Numbered from the stretch's first letter, positions 1 through 10,644 are shown. The stretch: 64,000 nucleotides of DNA from an uncultured Chlorobiaceae bacterium (GCA_964520905.1 CAZFQL010000002.1:134450-198449); one strand, 5' to 3'. Notes: generated from the letters alone by a model not told the origin. Numbers and translations: made by a program.

Positions 1-540
1 AGTAGTATCAACACCATTATAAGCAACACTACTAATCTTCCTGAGTCCGACGGTTTTATTCAGAAGATCATTCTTTACTGCCTCCGAATTGGCAATAACC
101 CTGTCGACAAATAATAATGCAAGAAGATTGAAGAACCAATATCGAAATGTACTATAAAAAACAATCACGCTGTAAACCACCGGCAAACGCAATCGAATGA
201 GTGATGGAAGAAGAAGGAGGAGTGAAAAGACGTCGCTGCATTGTATAACATCAATCTGCCGGTTTCGAAGAAGCTTCATGATTTTGAATGATGCCCGAAT
301 ATTTTTAATAATATTCCCCGGTTTAAGAAGAGCGGTGGGATTCGACACAACGAATGGGATGATGAAAGTCTCAATTCCATTCGCTTTAGCTTTATCAACG
401 AATACTCCCTTTTTATTGAAGAGCATGATTGGTTCAAAACGCGAACGATTAAGATTGTTTGCAAGATAATAAACAGAATACTCCCCGCCACCAAGCCAGG
501 TAAAAAGATTGAAATAGAGTACAGTTATTTTCTTAGTCGG
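1..540 (-). CDS. Glycosyltransferase family 4 (N-terminal part; C-terminus lies outside the window). Probable GTG start at 540.
   Basis: Minus-strand frame reads VPTKKITVLYFNLFTWLGGGEYSVYYLANNL..., the typical GT4 N-domain (GGxE) opening, and is open to the window edge. AGGA lies about 9 nt upstream of the GTG. Confidence 0.5.
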
Positions 541-792
541 CACAATTGATCCTGAGATACATCTCCACAATAGCTGGATTAAACAGATTATGGGGAGCAG
601 GTTGGTGAATAAAATCGCTTAAAATTTCATAAAAGTTACAGAATATAACCCAAAGAGTCAAGATATGCGAAGTGTGCTTAGTTCACTGCCCTATAAATAG
701 TCTAACTTGTTAAACTCTGTGTAATTTTCTTTTCGGACAAAAAAGAAATTTATTGCATTGTATTTAATCTTTGTCGTATATTCACATCACTC

Positions 793-2772
793 ATGAATGT
801 TGCAGGAAAAATAATATTCATATTTTGTTTTATTTTTATCCTACTCCACATCTGGGGTGCTGCCAACCCATCCCATATAAACTGGGGGTTTCAATCATTT
901 GCATATTACGATATCAGCACGTCGGTGATCGTTTTGATATTAATTCTGACGCTATTTATTCCATCGATCTTGCGTTTTTGGATTCGAACATTAGAACGCG
1001 GAACTGAGATATTTTCCGCTTTGCCGAATACGGTCGTTCTTCTCGGTTGTGCCGCCATATTAATATTTTTATCACTGCAATTTCCTTCCCGTGGTTTATT
1101 GTTAGGCGACAGCAAGTTAATACTCCTTACCACGAACGAGCTTCCGGAGAATCCGTTGGTATCGGCAAATTTTAGAAATCAACCGCTCGTTCTTGCATCA
1201 CTACACGGGATGGAGAGTGTTCTTGCTTTCATCGGGATCCACGGCATAAAGAATATTTACATCTGGACGGATATTATTGCGGGCATTATTTTCCTTGGGA
1301 TAGTTTATTTGTTTTTGTTAAACGAAAAAATATCGAGTATTGAAAAATTTTTAGCCGGACTGTTTATTTTCGCCGGAGCGGGCAGTCAGTTTTTCTTCGG
1401 ATACATTGAAAACTATGCACTACTGTATGCATTTATAACCGGCTACGTTGTAACGGCTTTACTTGTTTTACAGAAAAGAATTCACGTCCTCGTCCCGGTA
1501 ATTTTATTCGTTAGCATTGCCGGACTGCATCTTGGCACCCTGATATTTTTCCCAAGCATCATACTTCTTCTCATTTTATCATGGCAAGATAACAAGCGAA
1601 CTGTCATAGTTCTTTCAACTCTTCTCCCAGTGTTATTATTACTTTTAATATACCTGAGTAACTACGGCATACATCAGTTCATCGTTCGGATTCAGGCTGC
1701 TTTCATGTATGATTTTTTGCCATTTTTTAAGCCCATCCACGGAATTCCTTATACCGTATTTTCATGGGTACATTTAGTGGAATGGATTAATTTAAACTTC
1801 GTCATTGTGCCGCTGGGGTTGATCCCGGTGATAATAATTTTGATTGCCAACCGCCATAAAATATGGCAAAGTAATAAAGAACTACTGTTCCTGATAATGA
1901 CAACGGTTTGCGGATTAATATTTACATTTATCATGATTCCCGCATTAGGTATGTTTCGCGACTGGGACTTGATGGCGAGTTTTTTTATTCCACTCATTAT
2001 TCTTTCTTTATACCTCTTCACTCATTACTTCAGCGGCAATGTACGCAAGCAGGTAATCGCCGTGATAGCGCTTATATCCGTTACTCATACTGCATTCCGG
2101 ATAGGTGTAAATGCGGATGAAGATAGACATATCCGTCACGCCGAGATCATGGCACAGCCGTCATTACTTAGTACGTTTGCACAGCAATTATACTACGATA
2201 GGCTGGCAAATGTTTTTTGGGAACGAAAAGATTATGCAAAAACCAAATTATGGTACGAGCGTTATTTGACTATAGACAGCACGAATCCCCGTATCATTGC
2301 CAATTTATCGGATGTCTATAAAAAATTGAATGAAACCGAAAATGTATTTCGGATGCTAAAACGATCCGCAGAATTAGGAGCGAAAAGCCCCAGAGTCTAT
2401 ATCAATCTTGGAGTAGAATATTACAGGCACGGTGATATACAAAATGCCATCAGAGTAACAGAACAGGGTCTAAAAATCGATCCCAAGCAACCGATTTGCC
2501 ATGCGCATCTTGGTCTTTATTATCTGCAATTAGGTAAATACGCACAAGCTGCAGACCATTTTGAAAACTCCCTGCGTTTAGGGATGAGGGATCCTGTCGT
2601 GATAAAACATGCCGGGAATGCGCGCTTTGCACTCAATCATTATGCTAAAGCAGTGGAGCACTATAATAACTATATTCGTATTAATCCATCCGATTCACTT
2701 GTGAAAGAAAAAATAATTAAATTAAAAGTGATGCTAAGTTCCAATACTCCAAAATCAAAAAAACAAAAATAA
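793..2772 (+). CDS. Integral membrane protein with C-terminal TPR repeats (putative GT-C/PMT-like, DUF2723-like glycosyl transferase candidate)
   Basis: About 450 aa N-terminal region with about 10 hydrophobic helices, then a 200 aa TPR-like C-terminus. Tandem paralog of 2793..4760; shared motifs include HIWGA, FFFGY.ENY and RDWDL.ASFF.PL.ILS.YL. Confidence 0.6.
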   Translation: MNVAGKIIFIFCFIFILLHIWGAANPSHINWGFQSFAYYDISTSVIVLILILTLFIPSILRFWIRTLERGTEIFSALPNTVVLLGCAAILIFLSLQFPSRGLLLGDSKLILLTTNELPENPLVSANFRNQPLVLASLHGMESVLAFIGIHGIKNIYIWTDIIAGIIFLGIVYLFLLNEKISSIEKFLAGLFIFAGAGSQFFFGYIENYALLYAFITGYVVTALLVLQKRIHVLVPVILFVSIAGLHLGTLIFFPSIILLLILSWQDNKRTVIVLSTLLPVLLLLLIYLSNYGIHQFIVRIQAAFMYDFLPFFKPIHGIPYTVFSWVHLVEWINLNFVIVPLGLIPVIIILIANRHKIWQSNKELLFLIMTTVCGLIFTFIMIPALGMFRDWDLMASFFIPLIILSLYLFTHYFSGNVRKQVIAVIALISVTHTAFRIGVNADEDRHIRHAEIMAQPSLLSTFAQQLYYDRLANVFWERKDYAKTKLWYERYLTIDSTNPRIIANLSDVYKKLNETENVFRMLKRSAELGAKSPRVYINLGVEYYRHGDIQNAIRVTEQGLKIDPKQPICHAHLGLYYLQLGKYAQAADHFENSLRLGMRDPVVIKHAGNARFALNHYAKAVEHYNNYIRINPSDSLVKEKIIKLKVMLSSNTPKSKKQK

Positions 2773-2792
2773 ATTCATTCATAATTGCCGAC

Positions 2793-4760
2793 ATGTTACG
2801 ATTAAAATATTTTTTACTTGCCGCCTGCGCCATCGTTGTCTTGCTTCATATCTGGGGAGCGGTCTATCCCTCACATGATAATTGGGGAGTTCATTTTTTC
2901 GGTTTTTACGATGTATGGATTTCTATTTCAGCATTGGCATTGGTTATCCTATTCACAATTCCGAAAGTTCAATCATTTGTAATCCGGTACATAGACCGGT
3001 TTGCCCGCATACTCAGAAAATTACCTTTCCCAATAATTTTTGTTTTGATATCGGCAATATTGATCGGTTTAATCTATTTATTTTCAGCAAAACTGCATCT
3101 TCTTGGAGATGGTGCCATACTTCTGCGTTCTGTGTCGCGGGGTATTACAGGCGATGAAATCACATTAAGCTTCCGCAATCAGCCGCTGATGTTCTGGATT
3201 TACCGAACGGCGATGGCTCTTCATCCTTTCGAAGCCGCACCCAATCCTTATACTGTTTATTACGCTATCGATATTATCGCCGCGTTATCCTTCCTCGCTT
3301 TGGTATTCTGGAGTTTACGATATTCACAACAACCATTTGTAGAGAGAGTATTATTGGGATGTTTCTTGGTATTCTCAGCAGGTACCCAATTTTTCTTCGG
3401 TTACGTCGAGAATTATGTACTACAGTATGTCATGACGGCGGCATATGCCCTTACAGGGTGGTTTACGTTAGAAAAGCGTGTCTCAATAATCATCCCGATC
3501 TTGTGTTTTATATTATTGGTTATGCTTCATCTTGGCGATCTTGTCTATCTTCCAAGTTTGATTTTACTGATCGTTTTTAAATTGAAGAAGAACAAGCTTC
3601 AAGCCGCATTATTTCTTTTTATTATCGGTATTGCAGGAGCGGCTATAATGTATTTTGTTGGATTCAACCTGATCGATATGACACGTCATCTTAAAACCGG
3701 CTCGGTTGACTTTCTCCAGCCGTTCACAGCAATCGGCGGTGGATTTCCCTATCCAATGTTTTCGTTCGCCCATTTACTCGATTGGTTCAATGATTTGATG
3801 CTTGCAGCCCCGTTCGGACTTGTCATTGCAGTGATTCTTATTCTGATCTTACCGGCTGAACGGCGATGGAAAAATCCTGTTTTATTATTTCTTTTAGTCA
3901 CCACGTTCAGTGGTCTTTTGTTCACGTGGGTCATCAACAGCGGCTTGGGACTTGCGCGCGATTGGGATTTGTTTGCAAGTTTTTTCATGCCCCTGACAAT
4001 TCTTTCCTTCTATCTGCTGAATCAACCGATTGAGATACTTTTAAGACGAAATATTATTTTTTTGATCGTTGTAATTCTCTTAATTCATACCGCATCGTGG
4101 ATAGGTGTGAACGCTTCCCCGGACAAGCATCTGACAAGGATGCAATCCCTCAACGATCCGAAGTATCTTTCAAGGGGGACACAACTGACGTATAACGAAT
4201 CACTGGCGAATTTCTTTTTCGATAACCAGAGGTACGGTGATGCACGGATTTACTACGAACGTTACATGGTGATCGACTCGATGAATCCACGCATCATCGG
4301 GAACATTGCCGATGTTTTTAGAAAATTAGACGAGCGAGAGAAATATTTTTATATGCTTAATCGCGCCGTGGCTAATAATAGTCCGGACCCCGGTGTGTAT
4401 TCCAACTTAGGAGTGGAATACGCCAATCGCAGAGATACTGCTCGTGCAATTCAATTGAACGAGAAAGCGATCGCAATAAATCCTACGATGCAGAAAGCAC
4501 ATGCAAATCTTGGGATTTTATATATGAGCACGAAAAATTATAAGCTTGCAGATCAGCATTTCACTGCTGCAATTAATCTTGGAATGAGAGAGCCGGTACT
4601 TTTCCGCTATGCGGGAGATCTTTGTACTTTAACGGGTGACTACGGAAGAGCTTTGGAGTATTACGACACTTATCTTTCTTCGAATCCGGCTGATAAGCGT
4701 GTTCAGCAGATGAGAAACGAAATATTTAAGAATTCCAGAGCCGGACAACAAAAACCTTAA
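2793..4760 (+). CDS. Integral membrane protein with C-terminal TPR repeats (paralog of the upstream gene)
   Basis: Same architecture and collinear motifs as 793..2772. The two genes are separated by 20 bp. Confidence 0.6.
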   Translation: MLRLKYFLLAACAIVVLLHIWGAVYPSHDNWGVHFFGFYDVWISISALALVILFTIPKVQSFVIRYIDRFARILRKLPFPIIFVLISAILIGLIYLFSAKLHLLGDGAILLRSVSRGITGDEITLSFRNQPLMFWIYRTAMALHPFEAAPNPYTVYYAIDIIAALSFLALVFWSLRYSQQPFVERVLLGCFLVFSAGTQFFFGYVENYVLQYVMTAAYALTGWFTLEKRVSIIIPILCFILLVMLHLGDLVYLPSLILLIVFKLKKNKLQAALFLFIIGIAGAAIMYFVGFNLIDMTRHLKTGSVDFLQPFTAIGGGFPYPMFSFAHLLDWFNDLMLAAPFGLVIAVILILILPAERRWKNPVLLFLLVTTFSGLLFTWVINSGLGLARDWDLFASFFMPLTILSFYLLNQPIEILLRRNIIFLIVVILLIHTASWIGVNASPDKHLTRMQSLNDPKYLSRGTQLTYNESLANFFFDNQRYGDARIYYERYMVIDSMNPRIIGNIADVFRKLDEREKYFYMLNRAVANNSPDPGVYSNLGVEYANRRDTARAIQLNEKAIAINPTMQKAHANLGILYMSTKNYKLADQHFTAAINLGMREPVLFRYAGDLCTLTGDYGRALEYYDTYLSSNPADKRVQQMRNEIFKNSRAGQQKP

Positions 4761-4910
4761 CGGAAGATTATCGTCAATCTTTATTTCTTTTTAACTTAAT
4801 TCTCGCTTTCCCGAAGATTGAGAACCAAATGACAGTCAAGACTGCTTGTGGGAAAAAATCACACGCAAACCACAATAGAACACGATTATAATTCGATACT
4901 ATCCTATCCT

Positions 4911-4955
4911 GCGGAAAAAAACAAGCCACAAACATCTATCAGATGTCTATGGCTT
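4911..4955 (-). terminator. Rho-independent terminator downstream of tRNA-Met
   Basis: Nested hairpin aagcca/tggctt with inner acatct-atc-agatgt, followed on the minus strand by a T7 run. It lies immediately 3' of the tRNA. Confidence 0.55.
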
Positions 4956-4958
4956 AAG

Positions 4959-5032
4959 TGGGCCCTGTAGGACTTGAACCTACGACCCGCAGATTATGAG
5001 TCTGCTGCTCTAACCAACTGAGCTAAGGGCCC
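4959..5032 (-). tRNA. tRNA-Met (anticodon CAU; elongator type, could alternatively be lysidine tRNA-Ile2)
   Basis: Minus strand reads GGGCCCT-TA-GCTC-AGTTGGTTA-GAGC-A-GCAGA-CTCATAA-TCTGC-GGGTC-GTAGG-TTCAAGT-CCTAC-AGGGCCC-A. This is a canonical cloverleaf with a 7 bp acceptor stem, U8, a TPsiC loop and anticodon CAT. There is no GGG/CCC anticodon stem, so it is not the initiator. CCA is not encoded. Confidence 0.85.
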
Positions 5033-5288
5033 CTTCGATTTTACGTTCTATTCATCAAAATCGACTAAAATATACCACTTTTTGAGCTCAATTCAAAGAG
5101 TTTTGAAGAAAAAAAATCATCATTGACTCAATTGCAGGAATTTCATATATTAAACTAATGAATTTTATTTGGAATCACCCGCATTTGTATATAAAAGTCA
5201 ATCTATTATCACAGTCTACGCTTTTGGGAGGTAGCAATTCCCAGAACACATCGTCTTTTAAGCAGACCAAACATTCACTTTAAGGGGA

Positions 5289-5690
5289 ATGCCTATGGCT
5301 CGTACGAAATATTCAGAACAATTTTGTGCTTACTGCAACAAAGAAACAAAGATGGTTTTGGTTGGAACCATGGAGGGACAGACGGGAAAAATTTGGTATA
5401 AATGTACTCGCTGCCACTATACAAGTCTTTTAGAAGACAGCATGTCATCTGACCAGATAAACGGTAAGCTTGATCCGTTAACCGCAACGGTGTATAAACC
5501 GTGCCAGTGTTTCAAAATTGGAGAAGCAATCTTCCACAGCGAGTGGAACGATGTTGGCAAAGTATTAAGTAAATTAAAAACATCCGATGGAAGCCATGCA
5601 ATCGTCGTTTCTTTCGCGAAGCTGGGACAAAGAAAATTAATTGAAAATTTACAAGAAGAACCAATTTTGGAATTAACAACAACGGAGTAA
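5289..5690 (+). CDS. Hypothetical protein with N-terminal CxxC...CxxC zinc-ribbon
   Basis: CAYC-x21-CTRC motif. The ORF sits between the tRNA and rpsU. No recognisable family. Confidence 0.4.
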   Translation: MPMARTKYSEQFCAYCNKETKMVLVGTMEGQTGKIWYKCTRCHYTSLLEDSMSSDQINGKLDPLTATVYKPCQCFKIGEAIFHSEWNDVGKVLSKLKTSDGSHAIVVSFAKLGQRKLIENLQEEPILELTTTE

Positions 5691-5725
5691 CTTATTGAAA
5701 AAACAATCGGAAGGGGGTGAACGGT

Positions 5726-5920
5726 ATGGTTGGTATCATGATCCAGGAAAATGAGAATATCGACCGTGCGATACGAAGATTTAAGAAAAAGTACGAACGC
5801 TCAGGAATTCTGAAGGAAGTAAAAAAACGTTCGTATTTCACCAAACCTTCTGTAAAGAAGCGGATGGAAAAAATCAAAGCTGTCCGCCGCGCTCATAGAA
5901 CTATGATGGAAGAAATGTAA
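5726..5920 (+). CDS. rpsU: 30S ribosomal protein S21
   Basis: MVGIMIQENENIDRAIRRFKKKYERSGILKEVKKRSYFTKPSVKKRMEKIKAVRRAHR aligns with the S21 consensus (E. coli [42 protein letters not shown]...). Start moved to ATG 5726, which is 7 nt after the AAGGGGG RBS, rather than the GTG at 5717. Confidence 0.85.
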   Translation: MVGIMIQENENIDRAIRRFKKKYERSGILKEVKKRSYFTKPSVKKRMEKIKAVRRAHRTMMEEM

Positions 5921-5945
5921 TTGATTATTTCATCATGTAAATTGT

Positions 5946-5982
5946 AAAAAGGGTCGATCTTTGTATCGGCTCTTTTTATTTT
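5946..5982. terminator. Bidirectional rho-independent terminator between convergent rpsU and the yfhO-like gene
   Basis: 8 bp stem gggtcgat/atcggctc (two G-U pairs), with an A5 run on the 5' side and TTTTTATTTT on the 3' side. Confidence 0.5.
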
Positions 5983-5993
5983 GTCTACGACCT

Positions 5994-8546
5994 TCAGGAA
6001 TTTTCCGGCTTCGAATCATCTTCTGTTTGTTTCAACCTTAATTTTCGTCTCATCCAGGGCATCCGTATCAGTCCGAACACGATAACAATAAACGAAACAG
6101 CGTACGCACCGTGTGAAATATCGTAACCGAGATAATATACCGACGTCGGTTTAAAGCGATACTCAACTGAATGTTTGCCCGCGGGTACAACAACAGATCG
6201 AACGACATAATTTGTTTTGTAGATTTCAGTTTCATTTCCATCCACATAAGCGCTCCAGCCCGCCGGGTAATATGCATCGCTAAGAACCAGAAGTGCCGGA
6301 GTGGAACAATACGTTTCCAGAACGATCTCTTCCGACCAGTCCTTGGTGAAACGAACGAACGTCGAATCAGATTTCACCGGAGAGGTTGCAGGTTTCTTTT
6401 CTAATACCGCCATCGATTTGGGATTCCATGATGGAGCACTGAGAATGTTGAAAATTTCTGGCTTGGTGCTTGCGACAAAAATCGAGTCTACAAAAAAAGC
6501 GCGCGGCAAAACCCCGGGATTCAAGTATGTTATCATTTGTTTTGTTTGGTCAACATTTACTATCGGCATATCAGTGTTCGGTAGTTGACCCGGGACCACT
6601 ATGTACTTCGCACCGAGCATGCTTATCATGTTCATATTGAGCGGAAGTCGGGGTGGATACAATCCAAGCGAATCTATCATTTCCTGATATATTTTTAATT
6701 TTGCAGGACTATAGCCGCCGATGGAAGATATCGCATGATACATCCATGTATTGTCCTGAAATCCGGCGCCCTGACTTACAGGAAAAATACGGTAATTCGA
6801 TGTATCCGATTTTAAGAATTTAGTCGTCTGGTCGGGCTGGAAGAAATCTGCCTTAGCTGTGTTTGGTTTGGGTTCGATGAGCTTTGTATCCAGTATAAGC
6901 AAATCAACAAGCAGCACAACGATCAAAGCTGCCGTCAGCATTGTAAAGTTTAATTTTCGTTTAAGATAAGCAAGAATCAAACCGATACTCACACCAATGA
7001 TAAGAGCAAATTTTATGTAATCTTTCCAGAGTAGATCGAATCTCATTTTCTTAAGCTGGGTCAACACTTGCGGAGCTTCTGCGCCATACTGCTGTCGCAA
7101 TTGCTGAAGATCATCAGGTCTCTGGAACATTGAACCAGAGAGCGACGAATAAACTGTTTCGTTCGCGATCAACCCTATCAACAATATCGCTCCAATAACT
7201 CCAAGCGAGATGAAAAGTCCTTTCCGAAGTTTTTCGATATTGAACGATTTCGAATTTGCCCCCATCTCCGAAAGAACAGTTAGCCCGATGGCGGCTAATA
7301 TTCCGAAAGTAATCGGCATCAGATGAAGTATCAGAACCGGCACACGGAATTTGTTGAAGTACGGGAAATAGTTGAACATTAAATCGTAGAGTAGTCCGAA
7401 GTGCCGCCCGAAAGAAATGAAAAACATTATCATGGAAAAAATCACGAGAAACCATGTGAGTTTATTTCTCCTGTATATCAGCGCGAATACGAGTAATAAG
7501 ATCGGAACGACGCCAATATATACCGTGCTTTCCGTAAAAGGCATCCATCCCCAATAGAATGGTGATGCATAACCGAAGAAAGACGGAATAAGATAGTTCA
7601 TAATCTCAAATGGATGGAACGACCAGTTCGTTGCGTAATCATAATCCAAGCCGCCTGTGCTACCGGTAGTTCCACCACCACGAATTGAATATTGAGCGTA
7701 CTCTTGAGTCGGAAGATAAATATATGCTGAAATCGCCGCTCCGATTAGCAGCGCAAGCCCAACAATTACTACCGACTTAAGCGTTAAAGTTGGTTTTGAT
7801 TTGATGCTTGTTATGAGTTCAAAAAGAATGTAGAAACCAATAAGCATTAATCCATAAAAAATAACCTGAACATGCAGGGTGAAAAGCAATAACGCTGTCA
7901 CGATGGAAAGTAAACCGAAATAGAGTATATTTTTCCAGTATAAAATACGCTCACTATTTAATTGATGATATAGCTGATATGTGAATAAAAATAATAACGG
8001 GATCATTGCCAGTGCCTGAAGTTTAGACCCCTGATTCGACTGAAACACTCCAATTGCATACGGGTTAAGCATCAGTGTAAGACCAGCGACAAGAGAAGCG
8101 AGATGAGAAAACTTGAATGATCGTGAAAGCATGTACATGAAAATCCCGCCCAATAAAAGATAGATGACATCTCGCACCTCAGCCCAATTGGATGCAATAA
8201 GCTGCAAAGGAAATCGCAGTATAACATATTCTACGTAATTTATTTCTTTGGGTAAAAGCAAAGTTGAATGAATCGGTATACCTGAAAAAATATACGGTAT
8301 CCAGAAAACATCCGTGTGATTTTCTGTTGTTCTGATATGATCCATAGCTTTCGTCCAGGCATTAAATGCCGCGGCATCACCGCTGACAGCAAAAATCATT
8401 CCGCCGAAAAGAATGTCCCAGAACATGATGACCGTAATAAGCGCCATAACGCTGACGCAAATCCAGCCCTTCCTTGTTGATGAGAACCGGTCGAACCACG
8501 TTAATTCTGAACCGCGTTGTGTTGTAGTTTTATTTTTTGTTGTCAT
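5994..8546 (-). CDS. YfhO-family GT-C-like integral membrane glycosyl transferase (paralog 1)
   Basis: 850 aa with more than 12 TM helices. C-terminal motif GWSAYVDGNETEIYKTNYVVRSVVVPAGKHSVEYRFKP is characteristic of the YfhO family and is shared with 23232..25631. Confidence 0.7.
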   Translation of the reverse strand: MTTKNKTTTQRGSELTWFDRFSSTRKGWICVSVMALITVIMFWDILFGGMIFAVSGDAAAFNAWTKAMDHIRTTENHTDVFWIPYIFSGIPIHSTLLLPKEINYVEYVILRFPLQLIASNWAEVRDVIYLLLGGIFMYMLSRSFKFSHLASLVAGLTLMLNPYAIGVFQSNQGSKLQALAMIPLLFLFTYQLYHQLNSERILYWKNILYFGLLSIVTALLLFTLHVQVIFYGLMLIGFYILFELITSIKSKPTLTLKSVVIVGLALLIGAAISAYIYLPTQEYAQYSIRGGGTTGSTGGLDYDYATNWSFHPFEIMNYLIPSFFGYASPFYWGWMPFTESTVYIGVVPILLLVFALIYRRNKLTWFLVIFSMIMFFISFGRHFGLLYDLMFNYFPYFNKFRVPVLILHLMPITFGILAAIGLTVLSEMGANSKSFNIEKLRKGLFISLGVIGAILLIGLIANETVYSSLSGSMFQRPDDLQQLRQQYGAEAPQVLTQLKKMRFDLLWKDYIKFALIIGVSIGLILAYLKRKLNFTMLTAALIVVLLVDLLILDTKLIEPKPNTAKADFFQPDQTTKFLKSDTSNYRIFPVSQGAGFQDNTWMYHAISSIGGYSPAKLKIYQEMIDSLGLYPPRLPLNMNMISMLGAKYIVVPGQLPNTDMPIVNVDQTKQMITYLNPGVLPRAFFVDSIFVASTKPEIFNILSAPSWNPKSMAVLEKKPATSPVKSDSTFVRFTKDWSEEIVLETYCSTPALLVLSDAYYPAGWSAYVDGNETEIYKTNYVVRSVVVPAGKHSVEYRFKPTSVYYLGYDISHGAYAVSFIVIVFGLIRMPWMRRKLRLKQTEDDSKPENS

Positions 8547-8579
8547 AGTAATATTTTCTTAATGATGGTCAATCTATAT

Positions 8580-9716
8580 TTATTTCAATAACGGTGAGAA
8601 TAATTCAACTACATTTCTTCGGAAATGGTCAAGATCAAAATCCTCGTATCGTTTTCTGGCATTTCGACGAATGTCTTCAATATCGCACCTGACGTCGATA
8701 ATATCGGAAGTACGTGCGATCAGCTCATCAATACTGCTCCAAAGGAAACCGTCTACTCCGTGTGATACGCTTTCACGCTGACCGCCTTTATTGATAACCA
8801 CTGGAATACACCGCGCCGACATCGATTCGATTGTCGTCATGCCGAAGTGCTCGGTATTTTCAGGATTGGTTTCTTCATCTACATTATAACCCGCTGCATG
8901 CCAGAATACAGACGCTTCATTATACAACCTTACCAGCGACTCATACGGTTCATTGACATGAAAATAGACCGGATAATTTTTATTCTCAGTACGCAGTGAT
9001 TCAAGATATCCGCTGTTTGCCGGATCTTGCGCCGCACTGCCAGCGATATGATATTCCCAGCCGGAAAGCTCTTTTTGAGATGCCCGGCGAAATGCTTCTG
9101 TAAGAATATCGTATCGTTTATCGTTGTACAACCCGCGAAATATTCTACCGACACTTAAGATAATATTTTTTTTAGATATTCCCAGTCTGGAATAATCCTG
9201 GATCGGCGGATACAGTACTGTGCCGTTGACGCCATAATTACGAAGCAAAACACCGCGGACAAATTCCGAGTATACGAGAACAAGTGAAGCTTGCCGGCGC
9301 GCAAACGAGTGCAGTTGAAGACGATATATATCCTTGCCGGCTTCTTTGAATTCGCTATAAAGCATTTTTTTTAAGATAGTCGCAGGACTAATCTTCCCGT
9401 ATGGGATTTGAAGAACTTGCACCATTTTTCGGGCAGAAGTTCTAACCGCCCGAAATGTTGAAAGATTGACAAAAACATCCGCATCCCCCGCGAGTGTATC
9501 GAGTTCCTTGGAGTTGCGAACAAGCTTATATTGCACGTTAGAGAGGTTGGCACCCGAAAATTTTTCCAGAGCGAATTTCTGGATTTCATGGTTTTCGGAC
9601 AGCATAACAACTGAAGTATCTTCTAACCCTGAGAGGACTTCGGCAAGAAGCATCAGATATTTTTCGCCACCGCCAAAGGCATACCACGTTGGTGTGTATA
9701 TGAGGAGTGTTTTCAT
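8580..9716 (-). CDS. Glycosyltransferase family 4
   Basis: EX7E-type motif EHFGMTTIESMSARCIPVV and a GT-B fold C-domain. Confidence 0.8.
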   Translation of the reverse strand: MKTLLIYTPTWYAFGGGEKYLMLLAEVLSGLEDTSVVMLSENHEIQKFALEKFSGANLSNVQYKLVRNSKELDTLAGDADVFVNLSTFRAVRTSARKMVQVLQIPYGKISPATILKKMLYSEFKEAGKDIYRLQLHSFARRQASLVLVYSEFVRGVLLRNYGVNGTVLYPPIQDYSRLGISKKNIILSVGRIFRGLYNDKRYDILTEAFRRASQKELSGWEYHIAGSAAQDPANSGYLESLRTENKNYPVYFHVNEPYESLVRLYNEASVFWHAAGYNVDEETNPENTEHFGMTTIESMSARCIPVVINKGGQRESVSHGVDGFLWSSIDELIARTSDIIDVRCDIEDIRRNARKRYEDFDLDHFRRNVVELFSPLLK

Positions 9717-9723
9717 GAAAGGA

Positions 9724-10644
9724 TCAAAGTTTTAACCATCGACCTTTACCGTATTCACCGGTATAATAGCGACAGCCATCTATGATTGCAAAGATGATCG
9801 CTTTTGTCCCTGTGTAAGAATGCCACTTAATCGACATACGAACTATCTGTCTGCCATAATAAAAGAAAAGATACGGGAGATAAAGAAACCATTTTAACGG
9901 ACGACTATGTTTACGGATAAAAATTATTTTATTACGCATCGTAAAATATAGAAAAAAAGGACTATCGATTTTATTCGTGACGGACACCTTATGCCAAATT
10001 TGGGCATTTGGATTATACATGTTCCGCAAACCAAGTTTACGGGCACGCATACACCAATCCGCATCTTCATAGTAAATGAAAAGATTGTCGTCAAGTAAAC
10101 CTACTCTTTCAATTACTTCACGAGTTGCAAACATCATGCAACCTGTTGCAAGTTCTGTTTCTTCAACTTTATCATATTGTCCCTGATCTTCTTCCATAAT
10201 GCCGCGATGTATGCAATACCCGCTGTTGACCTTTAGAATTCCTCCGGCGTACCAAAATGTTTTAGGTTGAGAGTAGAAATAAATTTTGCACGATTGAAAC
10301 CCGATCGTATTATCTGCCTTTGCGAGTTCAATCAGCGGTTGTATGCAATCTTTATCGACAATAGTATCGTTATTCAGAAGCATAATAAAATCAGCGTCAC
10401 GCTCAATGGCAATTTTTATCCCTACATTATTGCCGCCGGCGAATCCTATATTTTCATTGGTACGGTGATATACTACATCGGGGAATTCAGCTTGCAGCCG
10501 TTCCCCGGAACCATCCGTTGAATTATTGTCGATAAGAACTATTTCGGTTGGTTTATACGAAACCTTCCGCAGGGATAGAATACACTCCCTCGTATGATCC
10601 TCTTGATTGAGATTAATTAAAACGATATAAACTTTATCAGCCAT
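9724..10644 (-). CDS. Glycosyltransferase family 2
   Basis: IVLIDNNSTDGS...DADFIMLLNNDTIV (DxD region). Typical GT-A GT2. Confidence 0.8.
   Translation of the reverse strand: MADKVYIVLINLNQEDHTRECILSLRKVSYKPTEIVLIDNNSTDGSGERLQAEFPDVVYHRTNENIGFAGGNNVGIKIAIERDADFIMLLNNDTIVDKDCIQPLIELAKADNTIGFQSCKIYFYSQPKTFWYAGGILKVNSGYCIHRGIMEEDQGQYDKVEETELATGCMMFATREVIERVGLLDDNLFIYYEDADWCMRARKLGLRNMYNPNAQIWHKVSVTNKIDSPFFLYFTMRNKIIFIRKHSRPLKWFLYLPYLFFYYGRQIVRMSIKWHSYTGTKAIIFAIIDGCRYYTGEYGKGRWLKL

Noticed and set aside
4959-5032. tRNA-Met as an integration hotspot marking a genomic island
   Set aside because: No integrase, excisionase or flanking direct repeat of the tRNA 3' end is present. The tRNA has its own terminator and looks like an ordinary housekeeping gene placed between glycan genes.
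5717-5920. Longer S21 ORF starting at the GTG at 5717 (MNGMVG...)
   Set aside because: The GTG lies inside the AAGGGGG RBS. ATG 5726 gives proper RBS spacing and matches the S21 N-terminal consensus.
7114-7455. Antisense or alternative-frame ORFs overlapping the large membrane and GT genes (e.g. 6068..6588, 7114..7455, 14721..15107, 15525..15917, 18350..18981, 22387..23031, 40238..43015, 52157..53648)
   Set aside because: They are embedded in, or antisense to, strongly supported genes, have no recognisable domains and look like compositional artefacts.
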